Sequence record: DRR723986_21860
Length of the DNA: 64,000 bases
Reading direction: 5' to 3' (one strand)
This document shows positions 28,686-37,918 of the stretch, piece after piece (the first letter of the stretch is position 1; each line of letters opens with the position of its first letter). Made by a program: the position numbers and the translations under genes. The notes beneath the pieces are model-generated. The model was not told the DNA's origin and did no database searches. It saw nothing but the letters and a program-made list of their open reading frames with translations.

Positions 28686-31600
28686 CTGAAGTGTTTTTAA
28701 TTTTATTAAGTCTTAAGCTCCATTCTTTCCATATACAATAGAGTACAGGTACTGTAAACATTGTTATTACATTCAACACCATCCCGCCGAATGAAGGAAT
28801 TGCCATTGGTAGCATGATATCTGCTCCCTTACCAGTGGAAGTCAAAACAGGGAGCAGAGCCAAAATTGTGGTTGCCGTAGTCATCATTGCTGGCTTAACC
28901 CTTCGTAATCCTCCCTCAACCACAGCATCTCTTATGCCTGCTATGGTGTTTGGTTTATTTGTTTTGAAACTGTCTTTCAGAAATGTTCCGACTAAAACAC
29001 CATCATCTGTAGCAATGCCAAAAAGTGCTAAGAAACCTACCCAAACTGCCACACTTAAATTGATGGTACCTATTTGAAACAAGTCTCGCATGTTTGTACC
29101 GAAAACATCAAAATTCATGAACCAATCCTGACCGTAAAGCCAAATCATGATAAATCCTCCAGAGAATGCAACAAAAACACCTGAAAAGACGAACAAGGAA
29201 GTCATTATCGATTTAAAGTGAAAATAGAGTATCAAAAGGATAAGAACTAAGGCAATAGGAACCACTAAGCTAAGTCTTTCATTGGCTCTAATTTGTTGCT
29301 CATAGTTTCCAGCAAATCTGTAAGTTATACCTTTCGGGACAACTAATTCTCCGGAGTCAATTTTTTGGTTGATTAGCTTTTGAGCATTCTGAACTACTTC
29401 AACTTCAGCGTATTCATCCATTTTGTCAAACAATACAAAACCAATTAAAAAACCATCTTCACTTTTTATTGCTTGAGGTCCTTGCTCATATTTTACTTCA
29501 ACTAAATCACCGAGAGGAACTTCAACACCTGACGGAGTGCTAATTAGAATGTTTTTAATCTTATCTGGGTTATCTCTTAGTTCTCTTGGGTAACGAATTC
29601 TAATATTATATCTTTCTCTTCCTTCAACCGTTGTAGTCATTATCATCCCGCCTATAGCGGTTTGAATCTGATTTTGGACGTTAATTATTGAAAGACCATG
29701 TTTAGCAATTTCCTCCCTTTTTATATCTAACATCAGATAAGGTTTGCCCACAATTCGATCGGCAAAAACTGCCTCTATTTTAACTCCTTCAACTTGTTTC
29801 AAGTATTTTTCAATCTCTTTACCAAATGACTCAATGGTCTTCAAGTCTGTGCCTTGAATTTTAACGCCCATGGGCGCACGCATACCGGTTTGAAGCATAA
29901 CTAAACGCGTTTCAATTGGTTGAAGCTTTGGTGCTGAAGTTAGTCCTGGTAAATTGGTTGCTTTAACTATTTCATTCCAGATATCATCAGGAGATTGTAT
30001 ATGATCTCTCCATTGTCGGTAGTATTTTCCATTTTCGTTCGGAATTAGATTGCCAGTTGAGTCTTTCTCATATTCACCATCATTATTTACTTGATACCTG
30101 ATTCGCCTTCCATCTTCATCAGTCTTGTACTCAGATTTATAAATGATGATGTTTTCATACATTGACATTGGAGCAGGATCTAATGAACTTTCTACACGTC
30201 CTGCTTTACCGACTACCATTTCAACTTCTGGAATGGCAGTGACAGACATATCCAGTAATCTCAGATTAGATTCATTCATCTCCATACCCGTATGTGGCAT
30301 AGAGGTGGGCATTAAAAGGAAAGAACCTTCGTTCAAGCTTGGCATAAATTCCTGTCCTGTACGACTAAAAATTTGATATCCTGCAAAAAGTAAGAGAAGG
30401 ATTAGTCCTACAAAAACATACTTAATTCGGATCAAAAAGCGCAGAATTTGTTCGTAGTAATGAATGACTACGTAAAAGGTGCTAATTAATAGTCCTATGA
30501 TCAGAGCGACAAAAACGAAATTGGTAAAGTTTGATTTGTTGACTCCTAAAGGCATCCAAATTGTCGCCAATAACCAAGCAACTATAGTAGCATAAAGGAT
30601 ATTTTTGAAATACTCAAAACGCTTAAGCCATAGTTCAGATTTCGTCTCATTAAATTGAAGGGATAAAATTCCTGTAATACCAACTGTTAATCCAAATATC
30701 CCGAAGAAAGAATAATCAGTGAACAATAAAATAACGGATAGAATTGAAAGAATGCCGTTTGTGAAATAAGGTACTGTTTTATCTTTGCTTTTTAATTTGA
30801 ATATCTGTTCAGCCAGTGCAGGCAAAATCATAATTGCCAACATTATGGCAGCAAGAAGGGCAAACGATTTTGTAAATGCCAATGGTCTAAATAGTTTTCC
30901 TTCGGCAGCTTCCATTGTAAATACTGGAAGGAAACTTACAACTGTTGTAGCTACTGCAGTAACTATAGCGGAAGCAACTTCTGTAGTCGCTAAATAAACT
31001 GAAGTTTTTATTGACTGGGTGCTTGGAGCCTCTTTAATTTTAAGAACCATGCTTTCAGTCATGACAATACCCATATCTACCATTGTCCCCACGGCAATTG
31101 CTATCCCAGATAAGGCAACTATATTGGCGTCTACGCCAAAATATCGCATAGCAATGAAGCACATTAATACTGCAACAGGTAAAGTTGCGGAAATAAGGAG
31201 TGAAGACTTCAAATGAAGGAGCATTAACAGGACAACAATAATTGTAATTAAAATTTCCAGACTAAGCGCTTCCTCCAATGTGCCTATCGTTTCCTTTATC
31301 AACTCACTTCTATCATAAAATGGGACAACTGTAAGTTGTGATACAGTGCCGTCAGCCAAAGTTTTAGTAGGCATTCCACTTGAAAGCTGTAAAACCTTTT
31401 CCTTTACATTATTTATTACTTCTATAGGATTTGCACCATACCTTGCAACCACAACACCTCCTGCCACTGATGCTCCAGACTTATCTAGGATTCCTCTTCT
31501 CGTTGCGGGTCCAAGATGTACCGTTGCAATATCTTTAATTCTAATAGGAACATTATCTACCATCTTAACGACACTGCTTTCTATGTCTGTAATAGATTTT

Positions 31601-32361
31601 ACATAGCCTAGACCTCTAACAAAATATTCAGCCTTATTTATTTCAACAGTTTGCGCGCCAACGTCTAAATTACTTTGCTTTGTAGCAGACATCACTTGCT
31701 CCAGAGAAACGTCATAAACTCTCATTTTATCTGGATCTACATCTACCTGATATTCTTGAACGAAGCCACCAATTGAGGCAACTTCAGAAACCCCTTCTGC
31801 CGATTGAATGGCATATTTTACATAAAAATCTTGAGCGCTTCTAATTTCGTTTAAATCCCAACCCCCGGTGGCGTTTCCATCTTTATCTCTACCTTCTAAG
31901 GTATACCAATAAATCTGACCTAATGCTGTTGCATCTGGTCCTAAAGCTGGTTGTACACCATCAGGTAAAAGACCGGAAGGAAGTGAGTTAAGTTTTTCTA
32001 ATATTCTACTTCTGCTCCAATAGAATTCAACGTCTTCTTCGAATATCAAATAGATACTTGAGAATCCGAACATTGAATTACTACGAACACTTTTAACTCC
32101 TGGAACACCTAGCAATGCAGAAGTCAATGGGTAAGTAATTTGATCTTCTACATCTTGTGGTGAACGTCCCATCCATTTGGTGAAGACAATTTGTTGGTTT
32201 TCGCCAATATCGGGTATAGCATCAACGGCTACTGGGTCACGAGGTAATCCACTTTCTACGTCAAAAGGAGAAGTAACTAAGCCCCATCCTATAAACAATA
32301 AGAGTAAAAGCCAAGCAACAAGTTTATTATCAAGAAAGAATTTTATTATACGATTTAACAT
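28675..32361 (-). CDS. cusA: CusA/SilA-family heavy-metal efflux RND permease
   Basis: VDAIPDIGENQQIVFT, LGPDATALGQ, GIAIAVGTMVD; Met triad equivalents LLMP, PMSM and RLVML; R.KPAMMT. Confidence 0.92.
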   Translation of the reverse strand: MLNRIIKFFLDNKLVAWLLLLLFIGWGLVTSPFDVESGLPRDPVAVDAIPDIGENQQIVFTKWMGRSPQDVEDQITYPLTSALLGVPGVKSVRSNSMFGFSSIYLIFEEDVEFYWSRSRILEKLNSLPSGLLPDGVQPALGPDATALGQIYWYTLEGRDKDGNATGGWDLNEIRSAQDFYVKYAIQSAEGVSEVASIGGFVQEYQVDVDPDKMRVYDVSLEQVMSATKQSNLDVGAQTVEINKAEYFVRGLGYVKSITDIESSVVKMVDNVPIRIKDIATVHLGPATRRGILDKSGASVAGGVVVARYGANPIEVINNVKEKVLQLSSGMPTKTLADGTVSQLTVVPFYDRSELIKETIGTLEEALSLEILITIIVVLLMLLHLKSSLLISATLPVAVLMCFIAMRYFGVDANIVALSGIAIAVGTMVDMGIVMTESMVLKIKEAPSTQSIKTSVYLATTEVASAIVTAVATTVVSFLPVFTMEAAEGKLFRPLAFTKSFALLAAIMLAIMILPALAEQIFKLKSKDKTVPYFTNGILSILSVILLFTDYSFFGIFGLTVGITGILSLQFNETKSELWLKRFEYFKNILYATIVAWLLATIWMPLGVNKSNFTNFVFVALIIGLLISTFYVVIHYYEQILRFLIRIKYVFVGLILLLLFAGYQIFSRTGQEFMPSLNEGSFLLMPTSMPHTGMEMNESNLRLLDMSVTAIPEVEMVVGKAGRVESSLDPAPMSMYENIIIYKSEYKTDEDGRRIRYQVNNDGEYEKDSTGNLIPNENGKYYRQWRDHIQSPDDIWNEIVKATNLPGLTSAPKLQPIETRLVMLQTGMRAPMGVKIQGTDLKTIESFGKEIEKYLKQVEGVKIEAVFADRIVGKPYLMLDIKREEIAKHGLSIINVQNQIQTAIGGMIMTTTVEGRERYNIRIRYPRELRDNPDKIKNILISTPSGVEVPLGDLVEVKYEQGPQAIKSEDGFLIGFVLFDKMDEYAEVEVVQNAQKLINQKIDSGELVVPKGITYRFAGNYEQQIRANERLSLVVPIALVLILLILYFHFKSIMTSLFVFSGVFVAFSGGFIMIWLYGQDWFMNFDVFGTNMRDLFQIGTINLSVAVWVGFLALFGIATDDGVLVGTFLKDSFKTNKPNTIAGIRDAVVEGGLRRVKPAMMTTATTILALLPVLTSTGKGADIMLPMAIPSFGGMVLNVITMFTVPVLYCIWKEWSLRLNKIKNTSDEK

Positions 32362-32436
32362 TGATTATTATTGAATTGAAACAATAGAAAATTGGTCCAT
32401 CCCAAGAGGAACAGACGATTCAAAACAATAATTAAA

Positions 32437-32904
32437 TCAAATTAAAAAAGTTTGATACAGGACAGAAAAGTCTTGCCTTATCAGAGGAGGGTTGTAGTTT
32501 GAATAAGAAGGAGAGTGTTCTGCATCTACGAAAAAAGAATAATCGCATAAAATACACGCAACCATTACCAGCTGAACATCATGCGAAGAGATATCTAGTT
32601 TTTGTTCTTCAATTTCCTGATTAGCTTCGAAATTAAAGGTTTCATTGTAACAACAAATAGATTTTAAATCTCCATTTTCATGATGCGTGTTCTCAATTAA
32701 ATTTTTTAATTCCTTCAGCTTTTTTTGATGACATGGAGGAAGGTTTTCATCAATACCCCCCATGTCGCATGCTTCAGCTTCTCCAAAAAGGTTAATGCTT
32801 TTGGCTTCACCTTTACAAAAGTGCACATCAACGCTAAATCCAAGTGACGAAAAAAGTATCACTGGAATTAATAATATGGCTCCTATTTTTCTTAAAGCTT
32901 TCAC
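32437..32904 (-). CDS. HYC_CC_PP family protein
   Basis: VDVHFCKG, ICC and NPPL...YQTFLI motifs; first gene of the metal-efflux cluster; GTG start. Confidence 0.8.
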   Translation of the reverse strand: MKALRKIGAILLIPVILFSSLGFSVDVHFCKGEAKSINLFGEAEACDMGGIDENLPPCHQKKLKELKNLIENTHHENGDLKSICCYNETFNFEANQEIEEQKLDISSHDVQLVMVACILCDYSFFVDAEHSPSYSNYNPPLIRQDFSVLYQTFLI

Positions 32905-32914
32905 AATTCTAATA

Positions 32915-32922
32915 CAAAGTTA
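32915..32922 (-). promoter_or_regulatory. Bacteroidota -7 promoter element (TAACTTTG) for the copper-efflux cluster
   Basis: TAnnTTTG 10 nt upstream of the HYC_CC_PP start. Confidence 0.55.
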
Positions 32923-32987
32923 CATTATTGCCACTAGTAGCCGTGTTAAATTTTAGCTAATTTTTTAAGTAAATTAATTCAGGGTAT

Positions 32988-34442
32988 TTAGTTTTTAACT
33001 AACTTCTTAACAGTCGAATTTTGTCCTGAATTTAAATGTAAAAAATATGTTCCAGAGCTCAGAGAAGCACTAGTTATATACTCTGTAAAATAAAACTCAT
33101 CTGAGTAAATGTTTTTATATAGAATAATCTTACCATCAAGACTAATTAATTGCAACAATGCTTTTTGAGAATCCGAACGAAAACTGACTGTCCAAAATTC
33201 ATCAGTTGGATTTGGGTAAACTTCCAAATCTAATGACTTGTTTTCATTTATCAGACTTGAGCTAGACTCATAGGTTCCCATTCTGTATTTTACAGTATTC
33301 GTACTAATGTCTTCCCAAACCGTCCAAACTTCTGAAGAGCCGACTGCAATATCTGCATTGATCACATAATTTGTAGCTACCGTATCATAACCGGTGGGAA
33401 AACTTGCATTTATTTCATTACTGAATCTTACACAAGCTTTGTCGGTCCCATCATCCTGACGCCAAATGTAACCAACTGCGTTTCCTTTATTAGAAGTTCT
33501 CGGATAGTTTTGACTATTTATACCGGTCACGGAACTTGAGATTAAACTAGAATTTGACGGGGTAAGAGTAGGAATATCAAATGTATTGTAATAGGAGTAA
33601 ATATTTCCACTTGATCCATTCATGTTCGTTGAAAATAAGGTGTTATTCAAAATAAAACCATCTGGGCCCGAAGAAGGACAAGCGTTAATGTTCCAATTTA
33701 ATTGATCTAAATTATAACCAGATGTAAATGAAGCACCACCATCACTAGAAACTCCGCACCATGTGTCTCTTATGTTCCCATTATTATCTCGATAGAGCAT
33801 GATTACATCATTTCCCGATACCGTCAGTTTACCCGGACAACAATCACAAACCTCACTAGTTGGGCTACTCCATCCGCTCGCTAAAACATCCGCATTAAAT
33901 GTTAATCCATAGTCATTAGATTTTGTTACCACCCATCTTGGGTCTTGAAAACCAGGATCAAATTTCATAAATGCCACGAAAGGTTGCCCCGTTTCGTTTA
34001 CGGTTACTGTTGGAAAACGAGTTAAACTATCACCGGTATTATTTACCTGAACTGGCGAATTCCAATTCAGTCCACCATCCCACGAAGAAACAATTCTTAC
34101 GGGACTCGTATTCGCACTTTCAGGCGTTTCTTTGTAAACTACGTAAACCGTGTCACCAAATGAGGCTATATCAGGGCCTTGCCAACTTGCCGTTGCAACA
34201 GTAACACTGATTGGGTTAATTTGAACAGCAGGCATAAAGTTCGTTCCATCCCATCTAGAGAACATGACATTTCCGGTTGCTCCCCATAACACCATGGGAT
34301 TGTCGTTTTTATCTAAGACTATTCTAGGCTGCTCGTTGTTGTCTGTAAGACTAACATCTCCAGTAATCCCCCATGTGATTCCAGTTTGGCTGTAGCTGTT
34401 AAAAGTCAAAACCAAAAAGATTATTATAAAATTGTTTTTCAT
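32988..34442 (-). CDS. T9SS type A cargo: BNR/Asp-box beta-propeller with CDCC and CP motifs
   Basis: Asp boxes SWDGGLNW, SNDYGLTF, SSDGGASF; EVCDCCP and WNINACPSSGP; VYPNP...KKLVKN CTD. Confidence 0.82.
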   Translation of the reverse strand: MKNNFIIIFLVLTFNSYSQTGITWGITGDVSLTDNNEQPRIVLDKNDNPMVLWGATGNVMFSRWDGTNFMPAVQINPISVTVATASWQGPDIASFGDTVYVVYKETPESANTSPVRIVSSWDGGLNWNSPVQVNNTGDSLTRFPTVTVNETGQPFVAFMKFDPGFQDPRWVVTKSNDYGLTFNADVLASGWSSPTSEVCDCCPGKLTVSGNDVIMLYRDNNGNIRDTWCGVSSDGGASFTSGYNLDQLNWNINACPSSGPDGFILNNTLFSTNMNGSSGNIYSYYNTFDIPTLTPSNSSLISSSVTGINSQNYPRTSNKGNAVGYIWRQDDGTDKACVRFSNEINASFPTGYDTVATNYVINADIAVGSSEVWTVWEDISTNTVKYRMGTYESSSSLINENKSLDLEVYPNPTDEFWTVSFRSDSQKALLQLISLDGKIILYKNIYSDEFYFTEYITSASLSSGTYFLHLNSGQNSTVKKLVKN

Positions 34443-34521
34443 TTTATCTGATATAAGAAAATAAAAGATAGAACTCTTTTATCAATAAAACAAATAATTT
34501 GAAAATCAGGTGAAAAGAGTG

Positions 34522-35463
34522 TTAAAACTCGTGTTTGATAACTTGAAGTACCTCATAGGTATCAACATCAAACACATAGATTAGCAAATGATAATCTTCA
34601 TTTGTCATTCCGTCAGGAAGTTGATAAGAATAATCTAATCTACTTTTCGTTCCAGCGGTGTAATCAACCGATAATGTTCTTCCCCACGCTAAACCGTCAA
34701 TACATCCTCTAAATATATTGTGATGTTTGTACTTTGATACTTTAACTCCTGAGCTATCTTGGTAGTCTTTTACTTCGTTTTCCATCAAATTCACAACCAT
34801 GTTATATTGTGAGCCATTTAAGTCCTCAAGAAACTCAACTTCGGTATGTAAATAAAACCCATTCGTTTCTGTGTAATAATTACTTTTAGCTTGGATGTTA
34901 ACTTTCAAATCGTTATCGGCAAGTATTCCATCAACTCTTGTTTGCCAATTTGATACGGTTGTAAACATATCATTTCCCGTAAAGTTAATGCGGTTAATAT
35001 TTCCCTGCGGATTAGCAAAAAAGCCTACATCAGCTCCCCCAAAAGTTGCGCCATATTCTTCACCCTCATCACAATAAAAAACCGTGCAAAATTGATCATT
35101 TGGGTTACTGGCTTCACCACAATCAGATGCTAATGTTTGAAAACTAGACAATCCGGTTGGAGCAGCATGAACAGATGAAACGAAGACACGAGAAGGATTA
35201 GCTTGTTCAATATAATATGCTTGCCAATTGGCATTTGGGCAAGCTGGACATCTGTGCCCTGTATAATCTTCTAACATGATATTTCTTTCAGTATTGGTGT
35301 TTTCATCAAAGCTTGGAAACACATAATCCGCCCAATTGCCAGGATAAAGAGTGGTATCAACAGTAATTTCAGGTTTGATAGGGTTGGATACCTTATCACA
35401 TGAAGTGTTGAATTGACTCATTAAGATTAAAAACGTGAAAATAAACAGTGTATTCTTTTTCAT
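34522..35463 (-). CDS. Omp28-related outer membrane lipoprotein (thioredoxin-like CxxC plus Ig-like domain)
   Basis: Lipobox TSC-D, LEDYTGHRCPACP, P.G.INR, YKHHNIFR, YEVLQV. Confidence 0.85.
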   Translation of the reverse strand: MKKNTLFIFTFLILMSQFNTSCDKVSNPIKPEITVDTTLYPGNWADYVFPSFDENTNTERNIMLEDYTGHRCPACPNANWQAYYIEQANPSRVFVSSVHAAPTGLSSFQTLASDCGEASNPNDQFCTVFYCDEGEEYGATFGGADVGFFANPQGNINRINFTGNDMFTTVSNWQTRVDGILADNDLKVNIQAKSNYYTETNGFYLHTEVEFLEDLNGSQYNMVVNLMENEVKDYQDSSGVKVSKYKHHNIFRGCIDGLAWGRTLSVDYTAGTKSRLDYSYQLPDGMTNEDYHLLIYVFDVDTYEVLQVIKHEF

Positions 35464-35473
35464 AATCTAAGTT

Positions 35474-37126
35474 TTAAAAGCTTGATGTAAACGTAACAGT
35501 TAACCCATTTGTTGCAGGCACAGGTCTACATACACCGCCAATACAGAAAATCCCTTCTCGTTGTCTTCCATAGGATACCATGATTCTACTTGCCCCGAGT
35601 ATGTAACCAGTAGATACCAAAGGATAACTAATTCTTTGGTTAGCAACTGGATTTCCGTAATTGTATTGATACATTGCAGCAAAAAAGAAACTTGGAGAAA
35701 TATTATACTCTAAAAGCGCAGTTGCCCAGTTTCCTTTATCTTGTTTTGTCCAAAGACCTTGTAATTCGAGACGAAGAGAATGTTTTCTGTTGATTTTGTA
35801 TTGCACATCTACCACGGCAATGTCAGCATAAATAATTCCCGTTGCATCTTTAGTAACCACGTTTACAGCATTATTAAATTCAAAATGGAAATACTTCAAG
35901 CCAATTTTCCATTTTTTGTTCAACTTTCGTTTTATTTCAATGTTGAAGTCTTTGTAATAAAGGCTATCACTTTTTTCAAATAATCCCGTTTTATAAGTCA
36001 CACGTGTTGAGTCACCTGGTAAATTATAGCCAGTAGTGTGTCTCACCGGTCTGTAAGCAACGGCAAAATTCACACTAATATCGGTTCCGTATTTACCTCC
36101 TAATTTCGTTTTTTTCGGAATTTTATAGAATAAATCGGCCTGATAAGCAACTTCACCAACGGGTTGCGTTGCATAAGGGTACAAGGTGGCGGCTAAGTTA
36201 TACGTGTGTGTTTTTGTGAGCGCTGGCATAAAGTTTACTTGTAAATCTGTTAGAATTGCATCAGGATCGACTCTATAACTCATATTATCAATTGATTTCG
36301 CTTGAAGGATAACACCAAATCCTTTCATAGAATAACCTGCATTAATGAATGTTCCGTGTCCATTATTATAGATATATCCATTGTCAAAAGACGGGTCATT
36401 TTCTTTTATTATATGCTCACCGCCCAAGAAAAACTTCCCATATTTCATATCTATACGTCCACCATATGAACCTACGTTTTTAGGCATGTTATAATCGGGA
36501 TGATTTGCATTTTGGAATTTAGATACAAAACTACCTCCAATGGTCATTTTGAATTTTGATGAATCTAAAAGACCCAGAAAAGAACCGAAGTCAATTTCTC
36601 CATCAAATCCCCTCACTAAACCATCTGAGTTTTCAACTCGGTTATTAAAAGCATAACGCATTTTACCGTAAACGGCTTTAAGTGTTAAACCTGGAGTAGG
36701 TGTTAACTTCACTTGCAGTCCATCCATTGCATTGTCAATTCCTAGCTGACGTTGTTCGTAAGACCTGAAAATCATTCCAGACCCAAACTGATCATAGAAA
36801 TTACCAGCTGTAAACTCAATTTTTTCGTGTGAATAACCCACATATCTGTAACCCAATCCAGTTCCTGAATATCTATCGGGATATCCTAAAATGTGTGGTA
36901 AATATGATTCTATTCGAACTCCACCCCTAAATCCTTTGTTGCTGTAATTCACCAAAGCGTATGAATTTAGAACAGTTTTTTCAGCTGGTTGAACTGCCCC
37001 AATTAAGGTATCTTCATTGAGGTATTGAAAGGTCGTTTCAATATTACCAGAAACATTTGGCCCAAGTTGTTGAGTAAAACCTAAAGTACTACTCAATAAC
37101 AATAAGGGAAGAATTAATTTCTTCAT
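35474..37126 (-). CDS. DUF6029-family predicted outer membrane beta-barrel
   Basis: Signal peptide, TAGNFYDQFGSGMIFRSYE.RQLGIDNA.DG motif, alternating beta-strand pattern, C-terminal GIFCIGGVCR and terminal Phe. Confidence 0.8.
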   Translation of the reverse strand: MKKLILPLLLLSSTLGFTQQLGPNVSGNIETTFQYLNEDTLIGAVQPAEKTVLNSYALVNYSNKGFRGGVRIESYLPHILGYPDRYSGTGLGYRYVGYSHEKIEFTAGNFYDQFGSGMIFRSYEQRQLGIDNAMDGLQVKLTPTPGLTLKAVYGKMRYAFNNRVENSDGLVRGFDGEIDFGSFLGLLDSSKFKMTIGGSFVSKFQNANHPDYNMPKNVGSYGGRIDMKYGKFFLGGEHIIKENDPSFDNGYIYNNGHGTFINAGYSMKGFGVILQAKSIDNMSYRVDPDAILTDLQVNFMPALTKTHTYNLAATLYPYATQPVGEVAYQADLFYKIPKKTKLGGKYGTDISVNFAVAYRPVRHTTGYNLPGDSTRVTYKTGLFEKSDSLYYKDFNIEIKRKLNKKWKIGLKYFHFEFNNAVNVVTKDATGIIYADIAVVDVQYKINRKHSLRLELQGLWTKQDKGNWATALLEYNISPSFFFAAMYQYNYGNPVANQRISYPLVSTGYILGASRIMVSYGRQREGIFCIGGVCRPVPATNGLTVTFTSSF

Positions 37127-37164
37127 TTAGACTAATTAAATTGGATTTTGGGGTAAAAGGGTGA

Positions 37165-37680
37165 TTATTTTCCTGAAACTTCTAAAATATGATCGTACAA
37201 TTCTTGTTCATCTCCAGGTACATAATTGTTATGTGAATAAACAATCGTGCCTTCACCATCCAATAAAAAGGTGTGAGGTACAAAGTTAACTCCTAAAGCT
37301 CTTTTGAAGTCTCCATTAACATCCATCCAAATGTCATATTCCCAACCCGTAGCATTCACGTATGGCTCAACCATTTTTGTTGTCTTTTGATCATCAACAG
37401 AAACAGCTACTAATTTTACACCAGTCTCTTCTTGCCAATCTTCGTATTCCTCTGCAATTGTATTCAGTTCTTGTTTACACGGTTTGCACCAAGTTGCCCA
37501 AAACGAAAGTACAATCGGGTTACCATCATTAGAAACTTCAGCTGTATTGATAGCATTTCCTGCCATATCTTTAATGTTTACTGAAGGTAATTTTTTTCCT
37601 TTTTTATCATCATCTCCATTTGAAGTGAATGACAAAATTGCTAATGCGGCTATAGGAGCTAGTAAAAATATTTTTTTCAT
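37165..37680 (-). CDS. TlpA/ResA-family thiol-disulfide oxidoreductase
   Basis: Signal/anchor, SFWATWCKPCKQEL, cis-Pro motif VPHTFLLD. Confidence 0.92.
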   Translation of the reverse strand: MKKIFLLAPIAALAILSFTSNGDDDKKGKKLPSVNIKDMAGNAINTAEVSNDGNPIVLSFWATWCKPCKQELNTIAEEYEDWQEETGVKLVAVSVDDQKTTKMVEPYVNATGWEYDIWMDVNGDFKRALGVNFVPHTFLLDGEGTIVYSHNNYVPGDEQELYDHILEVSGK

Positions 37681-37865
37681 GATTTAATTTTATTGTGCTA
37701 ATTACAAAAAGCAGACCAAAACGTAATAAGTATAAAGATAGTTCTTTTTTCATCCTATGAAAATTGAAACTGATCTTTTACATTGGATTCCTAAGTCTCC
37801 ATGATTTCTTAGAATCCCTCATTTTTATGGCTTGTGTGTTTCAATACAATCTAATTGCTATTCAC

Positions 37866-37899
37866 AAAAAAACCCGTTGCAAATAAATGCAACGGGTTT
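37866..37899 (-). terminator. Rho-independent terminator downstream of the T9SS thioredoxin-like gene
   Basis: Perfect stem AAACCCGTTGCA-AATAAA-TGCAACGGGTTT with an A7 tract (U tract on the minus strand). Confidence 0.88.
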
Positions 37900-37918
37900 C
37901 AAGTTTTTTGTTTACTAA

